Part shown: positions 33,057 through 42,635 of the stretch, piece by piece
Layout of the letters: each line of letters opens with the position of its first letter
Position numbering within the stretch: the first letter of the stretch is position 1
From: an uncultured Candidatus Rokubacteria bacterium
GTDB taxonomy: Bacteria; Methylomirabilota; Methylomirabilia; Rokubacteriales; CSP1-6
Direction of reading: 5' to 3'
Length of the DNA stretch: 64,000 bases
NCBI GenBank assembly: GCA_963758635.1
Contig: CAVWWD010000004.1
Location: 96,001 to 160,000, forward strand
Position numbers and translations under genes: made by a program
The notes under the pieces: generated by a model
Told to the model about the DNA's origin: nothing
Seen by the model: the letters and a program-made list of their open reading frames with translations, nothing else
Database searches by the model: none

Positions 33057-33662
33057 TCAGCCTGTCCTTGGTCTTGTCGCAGATGATCAGGCGTCACCGC
33101 GTCCGCGATCTGGTCCGCGCTCTCGGCCGGCCTGTCCTGGCTCGCGCCAGGTGAACCGGTCGTGCCGCAGGCGGATGAGCCACGAGTTGCTCTTGGTGTC
33201 GGAGAGCCAGAGGTCGCGGACGCGCCAGAGGTCCCAGGCCGGCTTCTCGACCGGGGCGAGGAACACGCGGACGCGCTCGGCCGGGTCCGTCTTGACGACG
33301 CGGTCGACGAATCGCGCCATCTCGCCCGCGGACGGCGCGCGCCCCTTGAAGTCGGTGTTGGCGTTGATGTACCGGCTGCTGAGGACGGCGACGAAGTCCG
33401 TCACGCCGCTGTCCCGTTGGGCAGGGTCGGGGCGCCGAGCGCCGACGGCGCCCGCCTCCACGGCCTCGCTCTGCGCCTCCACCGTCTGCAGGGGCTCGTC
33501 GAACTCGTCTCCGATGAGCGCGCCCATGTCGCCGCGCAGGCGCTCCCAGAAGTCGCCGATCCAGGTGCGCTGCTCGGGCACCGACGGATCCACCCAGGAG
33601 ACGAACACGCACCGGCGCGAGACGATCTTCTTCGCCCGGAAGGCCTTGGTGTTGGCCGGCAT
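33057..33662 (-). CDS. Divergent TIR-like domain protein (3' end uncertain)
   Basis: CVFVSW, WIGDFWERLR, FVAVLSSRY, GEMARF, VFLAPV follow the TIR secondary-structure order. Confidence 0.55.
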
Positions 33663-33694
33663 TGGCGCTCGCGCTCGACCCGCTCGTCGCGCCG

Positions 33695-34344
33695 CTACGC
33701 GATGACCCGCTGCAGGCGCCGGATGAGCTGCGCGATCTGATCGCCCAGCCTGGCCTCGTTCTCCCAGGCCAGGCGCACCAGCCTCCGGTTCTCGTCGAAC
33801 GGACCCAGGAACTGCACGTCGCCGATCTTCTCGATCAACGGGCTCGGGCTCTTGATGCGCCCCGCGAGCCGATCCTGGGTGAACAGGAAGTAGTCCGGGT
33901 TGAGGTCCTCGACCAGCACGAACAGCAGCCGGACGGGCGCCTGCGCCTCGAAGCGCTCGACGATGCGCGCCACTTCCTTGCGGCAGTAGTCGGAGCCCCA
34001 GTAGGCGTTGGTGAGGAGCACCACGAAGTGCGTGGTCCGGTCGAGGGCGGAGACGATCTTCTCGTCGAACAGGTCGGCCGGCTCGACCTCGTGGTCGTCC
34101 ATGAAGACGTCGCGTTCCACGCGTCCGCCGCCGGCGCCAGGGCCTCGAACAGCTTGTTCGCGATGCCGGTCGTGGGCGCGGCGTGGCGGTAGGAGATGAA
34201 GATGGTCGGCCGCGGGGAGTGATGACGCGGGCACGGCCGGCCGAGCGCGTCGGCCGGGCGATGGCCCGGGCGGGCTTCGCCCCGGCCGGCTTGCGCCGGG
34301 CTGGCGTCTTCGCCGACGGGGCGCGTCGATCGCTTCCTGCCCAC
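33695..34344 (-). CDS. TIR domain protein (frameshifted near N-terminus)
   Basis: TIFISYRH, DVFMDD, FVVLLTNAYWGSDYCRKE (catalytic Glu position); GGAG RBS plus GTG at 34344. Confidence 0.85.
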
Positions 34345-34415
34345 GTGACCGTCTCCAAGCTCGCCGCTCGCCCGGGCGAGCGGCCGTTCGGATGCGTCAC
34401 AGACCGATCGACGTG

Positions 34416-34444
34416 ACCGTAGCGGCATCCTCCACATGGGTCAA
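34416..34444 (-). promoter_or_regulatory. Sigma70-like promoter upstream of the TIR-MoxR operon
   Basis: TTGACC-N17-TACGGT on the minus strand. Confidence 0.5.
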
Positions 34445-34522
34445 GTGCGCGCGTTTCCGCGGGCACACCAGACATGGCCGCCTTCGGCCCGTGCCGCGAG
34501 CGCGGGGCGGCTTCTGCCCGCC

Positions 34523-35110
34523 TCAGGCGGGAGGCAGGAGCAGGTGCATCGTCGCCTCCAGCACGTCGCGCCACGGCAGGTGCGCGATCGGGCTTCCCGC
34601 GTTGTCCCTCGTGCGGAGGCCGGGCACGTAGATCTGGGTCATCGAACGGTCCGGATCGTAGCGGAAGAGCCCGTGATGGCCCTCCAGCGGCCGGCGTCCG
34701 GCGGGCACGAGCACGGTTCCGTCGGGGCTGACCAGCGATCCGTACGCCACCGCGCCGGGACGGATCGCCCGGGGCGTGCCGCTCCACGCGGCGAGGGGGG
34801 CGATCACCTTCGCGTAGAGCAGGACGTCCATGCTGCTCCACTCGAGAGGCACCGCCAGCGCCGAGCGGCCGGCCTGGGCGAGCGAGACCCGATCCCGCCG
34901 CGCGAGCTGCAGCAGGGCATCGTGCACGCTCCGGCCGAACCACCACGCTCCCGAATACCAGCGCGAGCTGTCAGCGGCGTTGCCGAACCGGTAGATCTGC
35001 ATGCCGGGTAGCAGCATCACGTCCACCACGCTGCTCATCCCGGACTCGGCGGACTCGCGCTCTTCCACCGAGCCGAGGTACGCGTGGTTCGCCGCGGTCA
35101 GCGTGGGCAT
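34523..35110 (-). CDS. Hypothetical protein, possible ADP-ribosyltransferase/NADase-like fold
   Basis: Intact 195-aa ORF with IYRF...GAWW...ALAVPLEWS...QIYVPG motif order. Confidence 0.55.
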   Translation of the reverse strand: MPTLTAANHAYLGSVEERESAESGMSSVVDVMLLPGMQIYRFGNAADSSRWYSGAWWFGRSVHDALLQLARRDRVSLAQAGRSALAVPLEWSSMDVLLYAKVIAPLAAWSGTPRAIRPGAVAYGSLVSPDGTVLVPAGRRPLEGHHGLFRYDPDRSMTQIYVPGLRTRDNAGSPIAHLPWRDVLEATMHLLLPPA

Positions 35111-35120
35111 GGGAGCGGGC

Positions 35121-35516
35121 TCAGGACGCGGCGGCGCGGTAGGCGCGCCAGCCGCCCCAGCGCGTGATCTCGCGCTGACCCTCGCAGAGCGCGGGCTCGC
35201 CGAGGACGCCCAGCGTCTCCTCGCCGTCGGCGAGGCGCACCTTGCCGATGCAGAGGCCCGGGGGCTCCTGGAGCAGGATCTGGCCCAGGCCGGCGGCGGG
35301 CACGTCCCAGACCTCCACGGCGATGGCGGCGCCGCCCTCGCGCACCCGGATCATGGCGGGATGGCGGTCGCCGATGGACCAGAGGCGGTACTCGGGCACC
35401 GTGGTCGCCTCGCGCACGAAGCGGGCGCCCGCGGCGAGCATGTTGGGGTTCAGTTCGAGGCCGCGCATGAGGGTGCCGTTTACGGCGAGGCGGATGTCCA
35501 TGGGGCCGTCCGTCAT
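35121..35516 (-). CDS. GGCT-like protein homologous to the allophanate hydrolase C-terminal domain
   Basis: LAVNGTLMRGLELN, YRLWSI, AVEVWDVP, EPPGLCIGKVRLADG, ITRWGGWRAY. Confidence 0.85.
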   Translation of the reverse strand: MTDGPMDIRLAVNGTLMRGLELNPNMLAAGARFVREATTVPEYRLWSIGDRHPAMIRVREGGAAIAVEVWDVPAAGLGQILLQEPPGLCIGKVRLADGEETLGVLGEPALCEGQREITRWGGWRAYRAAAS

Positions 35517-36962
35517 GCGCGCGGGGCGGGCGGCGGCGCAGTCACGGCGCCTCGGGCGCCCGCCACGCCCGCCGTGATGGCCGACGCGAGGGCGCGGGCC
35601 GCTGCCTCGAAGCACGCCCGCGGCGGGTTGACGAGCCCGGCGCCGATCTGGCCGATGCCCGGCTCCCGATGCGCGATGCCGGTGTTGATCTGGGGCAGGA
35701 TGCCGGTCTGCGCGACCAGGCGCACGTCGATGCCGGTCGGCGTGCCGCGGAAGTCGAGGGTGGGGATCCGGTACGCGCCGCTCTCGGCGAGCGTGATCTC
35801 GTACATCCTGCGCGTGTAGCGCAGCGCGTCCTCGGGCGTGCCGCCCACGAACTGGACGATGGCGGGGGCGGCGGCCATGGCGAAGCCGCCGAGCCCGGCC
35901 GTCTCGGTGATCGCGCTGTCGCCGATGTCGGGGTTGGCGTCGGCCGGCCCGAAGCCGGCGAAGTAGAGGCCCACGGGCGTCTCGGCGGGCGCGGTGAACC
36001 AGCGGTCGCCGAGGCCGCTCACGCGGATGCCGAAGTCGGTGCCGTTGCGCGCCATGGCGGTGACGAGGCTCGAGGCCGGCACGCCGTGGGCGGCGTCGCA
36101 CGCCGTCTTCGCCGCGGCCATGGCCACGTTCAGGAACAGGTGCTCGTTGCCGCCCATGAAGTCGAGCGCGCGCCGGCGCTCCGCGGCGGGCAGGTCGCTG
36201 CCGGCCAGCGCGGGGGCGAGCGCCTTCACGAGCAGCGCGGAGGCCGCGCGGTTCCGGTTGTGGCACTCGTCGCCCATCTGCACGGCCTGCGCGATGAGCG
36301 CCTGCACGTCGATGCCGCCGATCGCCCGCGACCGCGGCGCCCAGCGCCGGTCCCAGCGAGTCGCGGAACCAGCGCAGGCGGTCCAGCACCTCGGGCGCGA
36401 ACGCGCCGTAGCGAAGCACCTTGCCGAGCCCCTCGTTCAGCGTGGCGCAGGCCCGCTGCCCGTGCACGCGGTCCTCCACGACGAGGACAGGCATGGAGGC
36501 CGTGACGATGCCGGCCATCGGGCCCACGGCGGCATGGTGATGACAGGGCTCGAACGCTACGCCGCCCGTGGCCGCCATCCGCTCCGCCTGCTCGGCCGTC
36601 GATGCCAGCCCCTCGTGGAGCAAGGCCCCGATCACCGCGCCGCGCATCGGTCCGCTCATCCGCGCCCACTCGATGGGCGGGCCGGCGTGGAGGACGAGGT
36701 CGCGCCGCATGCCGGGGATGGCGTCGATGGCGGGGCGCACGTCGACCAGGACGGGACGCGCGGCCAGGAGCCGCTCGACGGCGACGCGATTGGCGGCGTC
36801 CACGTCGTCGCGCCAGAGAACCTCGAGCTCGGCTGCGAGCGGGGATGGCGCCCACTCGACGCGCGTGACCGGCGCGCCCTGCGCGGCCACCGCCTCGGCG
36901 AACAGCGCCGGGCCCGACACGGCGATCGCCGGTGGGGCGTCCAGGAGCCCACGCGCGGTCAC
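35513..36962 (-). CDS. DUF1116 (YlbE/AllG-like) protein (frameshift ~36330)
   Basis: LHAGPP, PCHHHAAVGPMAG, NEGLGKVLRYGA, MGDECHNRN, MARNG, DIGDSAITE, INTGIAH, GQIGAG. Confidence 0.88.
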
Positions 36963-36986
36963 CGGTTCCCCCTCACCCGGTCCCCC

Positions 36987-38427
36987 TCATCGGCTCCCCC
37001 GGGCGAGCGCGAGCGCGGTCTCCGCGGCGATGCGGTTGCTTCCGCACACGATGGCGTCGACCGCGCGCAGCGCGTCTTCCTGCGCCGCGAGGCCCTGCGG
37101 GTCGTCGTCCGTGCCCACCACGTGCGCCACCACGGCGAGACGGCGGCCGAGGCGCGACGCGCGCGTGCGGGCCTCGGCGATGGCGGCCGCCGCGGCGCCC
37201 GCGGGATCGGGGTGGGCGCACGAGCCGAGCACGGCGTCGAGCAGGAGCACGCCCACGCGCGGGTCGCTGGCGGCGCGCGCCAGCGCCGCCGATCGGAGCG
37301 CCGGGTCGATCATCGGGTGGGGACGGCCGCGCGTGTACTCCTCCGCGCCGAAGTCCACGAAGCCGCGCGCGTCCGGGCCCACGATGCGCCGCGCCTCGTC
37401 GCAGAGCGTGCCGCCCGTGAAGAGGCCCAGCACGTGGCCGAGTCGCTCGCGCCCGGCTTCGAGCTTCGGCGCGTCGATCGCGGCCGGCTCGAGACCGAGC
37501 GCGCGCACGGCGGCGGCCGCGGCGTCCTCGAGGGTGTCGACGAGGCGCACGCCGCCCGGCGCCGCGCCGCTCCAGCCGAGCAGGCAGCCGATCACGGGCT
37601 TTCCGAGCGACGCGGCGGCGCCCAGCACCGCGCGCGCAACGTCGGAGGACGCCGGCTTCGACACCAGCACCACGACCCGCGTGGCGGCGTCGGCGCCGAG
37701 GAGCGCGAGAGCCTGGAGCGAGGTGATCCCGCCGATCTCCGCGTGGAGGTCACGTCCCCCCGTGCCGATCGCGTGCGAGACGCCGCCGCCGAGCCGATGG
37801 ATCAGGCTCGTGACCTCCTGGAGCCCGGTGCCCGAGGCGCCGACCAGGCCGATGCCGCCCCGGCGCACGCGGTTGGCGAAGCCCAGCCCCACGCCGTTGA
37901 CGATGCTGGTCCCGCACTCCGGTCCCATGACGAGCAGGCCGCGCGCGCGCGCGCGGAGCTTCAGCGCGCGCTCCGCGGCGGGCGGCACGCCGTCGCTGAA
38001 GAGGAACACGTGGAGACCGGCGGACAGCGCCTGGTGCGCCTCGGCCACGGCGTGCTCGCCGGGAACGCCGATCACCGCGAGGTTCGTGTCAGGCATCCGC
38101 CGGGCCGCGCTCATCAGCGATTGCGGCGGCTCCTCGGCGCGCCCGCCGTCGCCGGCGCGGCGTCCGCGGGCCAGGAGCGATTCGGCCTGGGCGAGCGCGG
38201 CGTGGCCGCTCGGCGTGTCGTCGGCGGCCACGGCGACGAGCAGGTCCTCCGCGCTCGCGGCGTCGGCCTCGGCCGGGCGGAGACCGGCCTCGGCGAGCGT
38301 GGCGAGGTTGGCGGGCGTCGCCATCAGGACCGCGGCATCGCGGATGCCCGGCAGCTTACGCAGCGCCTCGGCGGCCTGCATGAGCGCAATGGAGTCGGCG
38401 TAGGCGCCGCGGCGAAGCCGATCCCAT
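36987..38427 (-). CDS. fdrA: FdrA (AllF)-family acyl-CoA-synthetase-like protein (start uncertain)
   Basis: YADSIALM, MATPAN, HVFLFSD, MGPECGT, VGASGTGLQE, IGTGGRDL, SKP, FTGGTL, GRPHPMIDP, VVGTDDDPQ. Confidence 0.88.
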
Positions 38428-38521
38428 GACGTGCACGTGAGAACCCTCCAGGGAACGTGGCGGCCCGAGTATAGGCAGCGCTTCCTGCCGGATCAACCGT
38501 GGGGGCGCCGGTCCACGCGGG

Positions 38522-38662
38522 CGCACAAGGCTTGCGCAGTCGAGGGCCGGCGTGCATAAGAACTAGGCACGACTCAGCCGGACGCCGGGGGCCCGGAGAC
38601 CGCCGAAGTGCTTTCGGGGCACGAGGTTGGCGCGGGCCGTCCCGTTGGTGCGCCCCTTGCGT
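38522..38662 (+). promoter_or_regulatory. Sigma54 promoter with two NtrC-like enhancer sites
   Basis: TTGGTGCGCCCCTTGCG (GG-N10-GC) at 38645-38661; 17-bp GC-N11-GCA boxes at 38522-38538 and 38553-38569. Confidence 0.6.
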
Positions 38663-38714
38663 ACCGCCCGGGTGGTTCCGCTCGGTCATCGAACCCTCTT
38701 TCAAGGAGTCAGCC

Positions 38715-39842
38715 ATGCTCGACTGGAGTGGACAGGGGAGCCGCCGCGAAGCCCTGAAGACGCTCGGCGTCGCCGGCGCGATCGGGGCGCTGGGGGCGCT
38801 CGCCCCGGCGCGCGCCCGCGCCGCGGACAAGCTGGTCGTCGGCGTCATCTACGTGGGCCCCCGCGACGACTACGGCTACAACCAGGCGCAGGCGCAGGCC
38901 GCCGCCGCGATCAAGAAGATGCCCGGGGTCACGGTCGTCGAGCAGGAGAAGGTGCCGGAGACGACGGACGTGCAGAAGACCATGGGCTCCATGATCGAGC
39001 AGGACGGCGCCACGCTCCTGTTCCCGACGTCGTTCGGCTACTTCGATCCCCACATCCTCCGGCTGGCCGAGCGGTATCCGAAGGTGCGGTTCGCGCATTG
39101 CGGCGGGCTCTGGACCGACGGCAAGCATCCGAAGAACGCGGGCAGCTACTTCGGCTACATCGACGAGTGCCAGTACCTGAACGGCGTGGTGGCGGGCCAC
39201 AAGAGCAAGTCGAAGAAGCTCGGCTTCATCGCGGCCAAGCCCATCCCGCAGGTGCTGCGGAACATCAACGCCTTCACGCTCGGCGCGCGCAGCGTGGACC
39301 CGAAGATCACCACGCAGCTCATCGTCACCGGCGACTGGTCGCTGCCCGTCAAGGAGGCGGAAGCGGCCCAGAGCCTGATCGACCAGGGCGTGGACGTGCT
39401 CACCTGCCACGTGGACAGCCCGAAGGTGGTGGTGGAGACGGCGGAGCGCCGCGGCATCTCCGTGTGCGGCTACCACGCCAACCAGGCCACGCTCGCGCCC
39501 AAGGGCTACCTGACCGGCGCCGAGTGGAACTGGCTCACGCCCTACACGGCGCACGTGAAGGACGCGCAGGCGGGCAAGCCGATGGTCAACTTCCTGCGCG
39601 GCGGGCTCAAGGACGGGTTCGTGAAGGCCTCGGCCTACGGGGCCAGCGTGTCGGAGGCGGCGCGGAAGAACGCCGACGGCGTGAAGGCGCGCATGATGAA
39701 GGGCGACTTCGTGATCTTCCGCGGGCCGATCAAGGACAACACGGGCAAGACCGTCGTCGACTCCGGCGTGGCCCTCAAGCAGACGGACGTCGTCCTCGAG
39801 CAGATGAGCTACCTGGTCGAGGGGGTGCTCGGCCGGGTGTGA
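38715..39842 (+). CDS. BMP-family ABC transporter substrate-binding protein
   Basis: AAGGAG RBS, SRREALK twin-arginine-like leader, IYVGPRDDYGYNQA, FPTSFGY, NINAFTLGA. Confidence 0.92.
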   Translation: MLDWSGQGSRREALKTLGVAGAIGALGALAPARARAADKLVVGVIYVGPRDDYGYNQAQAQAAAAIKKMPGVTVVEQEKVPETTDVQKTMGSMIEQDGATLLFPTSFGYFDPHILRLAERYPKVRFAHCGGLWTDGKHPKNAGSYFGYIDECQYLNGVVAGHKSKSKKLGFIAAKPIPQVLRNINAFTLGARSVDPKITTQLIVTGDWSLPVKEAEAAQSLIDQGVDVLTCHVDSPKVVVETAERRGISVCGYHANQATLAPKGYLTGAEWNWLTPYTAHVKDAQAGKPMVNFLRGGLKDGFVKASAYGASVSEAARKNADGVKARMMKGDFVIFRGPIKDNTGKTVVDSGVALKQTDVVLEQMSYLVEGVLGRV

Positions 39843-40892
39843 CCCGCCCCGCGCTCCGGGGGGCGGCGGAAGCCCTCGTCATCCCCGTCGCCGCGCTCGC
39901 CGCGGCGATGGCGCTGTTCGGCGTCTTCATGGCCGTGCTCGGCCACGACCCGTTCCAGGTCTACGCGCTGATCTATCGCGGGGCGTTCGCGTCCGCGTTC
40001 GCGTGGCAGAACACGCTGGCGCGCGCGGCGCCCCTCGTGCTCACCGCGCTCTGCGTGGCGCTGCCCGCGCAGGCCGGGCTCATGGTGATCGGCGGGGAGG
40101 GCGCGCTCGTGCTGGGCGGGCTCGCCGCCGCCGTGCTCGGCCATCTGCTCGCCGGGTCCGCGCCGCTCGCCGTCAAGCTCGCGATGGCCGCCGGGCGCGA
40201 TGGCGATCGGCGCGGCGTGGATCGTGCTCGCGGGCGCGCTCCGCCACTACCGGGGCGTGAACGAGACCATCTCGAGCCTGCTCCTCACGTACATCGCCAT
40301 CGCGCTGTTCAACCACCTGGTCGAGGGGCCGCTGCGCGATCCGGCCAGCCTCAACAAGCCCTCCACCACGCCGATCGGGGAGGCCAGCATGCTGGGCCGG
40401 CTGCCCGGCCTCGACGTGCACTGGGGCCTGGGCCTCGGCGTGGTCTTCTGCGTGCTCATGTACGTGCTGGTGGCGCGCACCACGATGGGGTTCGCCATGC
40501 GCATCGTCGGGGGCAACACACGCGCGGCGCGGCTGGCCGGCCTTCCCGTGGGGCCGCTGCTCCTCGGCGCGTGCGCCCTCGGGGGCGCCGCCGCCGGGCT
40601 CGCCGGCATGGTGGAGGTGGCCGCGGTGCACGGCACGGCGAACGCTTCCCTCGTCGCGGGCTACGGCTACGCCGGCATCCTCGTGGCGTTCATCGCCCGC
40701 CAGAACCCGCTGGCCATCGTGCCCGTGGCCGTCCTCGTCGGCGGCATCTCGGCGAGCGGCGGCATGCTGCAGCGGCGGCTCGACCTTCCCGACGCCACCG
40801 TGCTCGTGCTGCAGGGTGTGGCCTTCATGGCCATCCTGGCCAGCGAGGCGCTCTACGGCCGCGCGAAGCTCTTCCGGCCGAAGGCGGCGTGA
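39839..40892 (+). CDS. ABC transporter permease (frameshift ~40195)
   Basis: NTLARAAPL, IGGEG, GVNETISSLLL, GYGYAGILVAF. Confidence 0.9.
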
Positions 40893-40895
40893 GCG

Positions 40896-41816
40896 ATGGG
40901 CGAGCTGGGCTGGTGGGGCGTGCCGCTCGCGGTGCTGGCCGGGGCCATCCGGCTGAGCACGCCGTTCCTGTTCGTGAGCCTCGGCGAGTGCATCACCGAG
41001 CGGAGCGGCCGGATCAACCTGGGATTGGAAGGCATTTTCGTGATGGGCGCGATGGCCGGCTACGCCGTGTCCCACGGGACGGGCAACCCGTGGGTCGGCG
41101 TGGTCGCGGCCGGCGGCGCGGGCCTCGCCCTCGGGCTGCTCCACGGCCTCGTGTGCAGCCTGCCGCGGGTCAACGACATCGCGGTGGGCATCGGGCTGAT
41201 GCTGCTCGGCACCGGCGTCGCGTTCTTCCTGGGCAAGCCGTACATACAACCGAAGGCCGCCATGCTGCCGGCGATCCCGCTCGGCGCGTGGAGCGACTCG
41301 CCGCAGGTGCGCACCGCGCTCCAGGTGAACCCGCTGTTCGTCATCGGCCTCGTGCTCGCCATCGGCCTCGCGTGGGCGTTCCGCAACACGCGCTGGGGGC
41401 TGGTGGTGCGCATGGTGGGCGACAGCTCGGACGCGGCGCGCGCCATGGGCTACCGCGTGCCCGCCGTGCGCACGCTGGCCACCGCGCTCGGCGGCTTCCT
41501 GGCCGGCGTGGGCGGATCGTTCCTCTCGCTGTACTATCCCGGAAGCTGGACGGAGGGACTGTCGAGCGGACAGGGGCTGATGGCGGTGGCGCTGGTGATC
41601 TTCGCGCGCTGGGATCCGCTGCGCTGCTTCTACGCCGCGCTCCTCTTCGGCGGCGCCAGCGCGCTGGGCCCCGCGCTCCAGTCGGTCGGCATCACGGGCG
41701 GCTACTACCTGTTCAACGCCGCCCCCTACGTCGTGACGCTGGCCATCATGATCGCCACCTGCTCCCCGCGCCGCACCCTGACCGGCGCGCCCGGCGAGCT
41801 GAGCATCACGCGATGA
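40896..41816 (+). CDS. ABC transporter permease
   Basis: LGECITERSGRINLGLEG, GQGLMAVALVIFARW, APYVVTL. Confidence 0.92.
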   Translation: MGELGWWGVPLAVLAGAIRLSTPFLFVSLGECITERSGRINLGLEGIFVMGAMAGYAVSHGTGNPWVGVVAAGGAGLALGLLHGLVCSLPRVNDIAVGIGLMLLGTGVAFFLGKPYIQPKAAMLPAIPLGAWSDSPQVRTALQVNPLFVIGLVLAIGLAWAFRNTRWGLVVRMVGDSSDAARAMGYRVPAVRTLATALGGFLAGVGGSFLSLYYPGSWTEGLSSGQGLMAVALVIFARWDPLRCFYAALLFGGASALGPALQSVGITGGYYLFNAAPYVVTLAIMIATCSPRRTLTGAPGELSITR

Positions 41817-41853
41817 CCGCTGTACTGAACTGGTGGATGCTTCGTGTTTGCAT

Positions 41854-42100
41854 GCTCGCGGAGCCCGGGTCGCCGGGGAGGCGGGCCGCGGGGCCCGGGG
41901 GTACCGTGGCGCCGCTCGTGCCGACAGACGAGCGGGCGGCGCGAGCGCGGCCCCCCCATCCCCCAGAGGGGGCTGCGCGTGGGCTGTCGACCCGTTGCGG
42001 TCGCGCTCGCGCCGCCCGTCGCGCGAGGCGTTTTCGCCACAAGGCACCCCCGGGCCCCGCGGCCCGCCTCCCCGGCGCCGCGTGGTTCCGCCGTCGCTCT
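41854..42100 (+). repeat. Structured ~245-bp intergenic element, family Y copy 1
   Basis: Nested inverted arms; reverse complement of 42346-42590 with scattered substitutions. Confidence 0.88.
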
Positions 42101-42171
42101 TTCGGGCCAAAGCGCTGCGGGCAGCAACGACGAGGAGGACAGCGCGATGACGCGGTTCGTGAGCTGATCCG

Positions 42172-42259
42172 GCAACATCGGGGTCGGGTCTTGAAATGAT
42201 GCATTACGGTCGGCTCGACGATCCGGATATTGCAATTCAAGACCTGACCCCGATATTGC
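42172..42259. repeat. REP/MITE-like palindrome
   Basis: GCAACATCGGGGTCGGGTCTTGAA ... TTCAAGACCTGACCCCGATATTGC, 22/24 inverted match, lower-GC interior. Confidence 0.75.
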
Positions 42260-42345
42260 GTCACCGCGCCGCACCCTGACTGGTGTGCCGGCGAGCTGAG
42301 CATCACCCGATGACGGATGTGAGCCCGAGGGATTGCTGGTGTTCC

Positions 42346-42590
42346 AGAGCGATGGAGGAACCACGCGGCGCCGGGGCGGCGGGCCAGGGGGCCCGGAAGT
42401 GCCTTGTGGCGAGAACGTCTCGCGCGACGGGCGGCGCGAGCGCGACCTCGCGGATCGACAGCCCACGCGCGGCCCCCTCTGGGGGTTGGGGGGGCCGCGC
42501 TCGCGCCGCCCGCTCTCTGTCGGCCCTCGCGGCGCCACGGCACGCCCGGGCCCCCTGGCCCGCCGCCCCGGCGACCCGGGCTCCGCGAGC
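42346..42590 (-). repeat. Structured ~245-bp intergenic element, family Y copy 2 (inverted)
   Basis: Inverted homolog of 41854-42100. Confidence 0.88.
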
Positions 42591-42635
42591 GATGACAGCA
42601 TGAAGCACGAACGCGAGAACGAGGAGGGCGTCGCG

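Noticed and set aside
35121..36962. Apparent DUF1116-GGCT fusion (613 aa)
   Set aside because: Frameshift at ~36330; the DUF1116 C-terminal half ends at 35513 in another frame
38430..38714. Guanidine/ykkC-type riboswitch ahead of the ABC operon
   Set aside because: No recognisable conserved riboswitch motifs; the sigma54/NtrC-like sites explain the region
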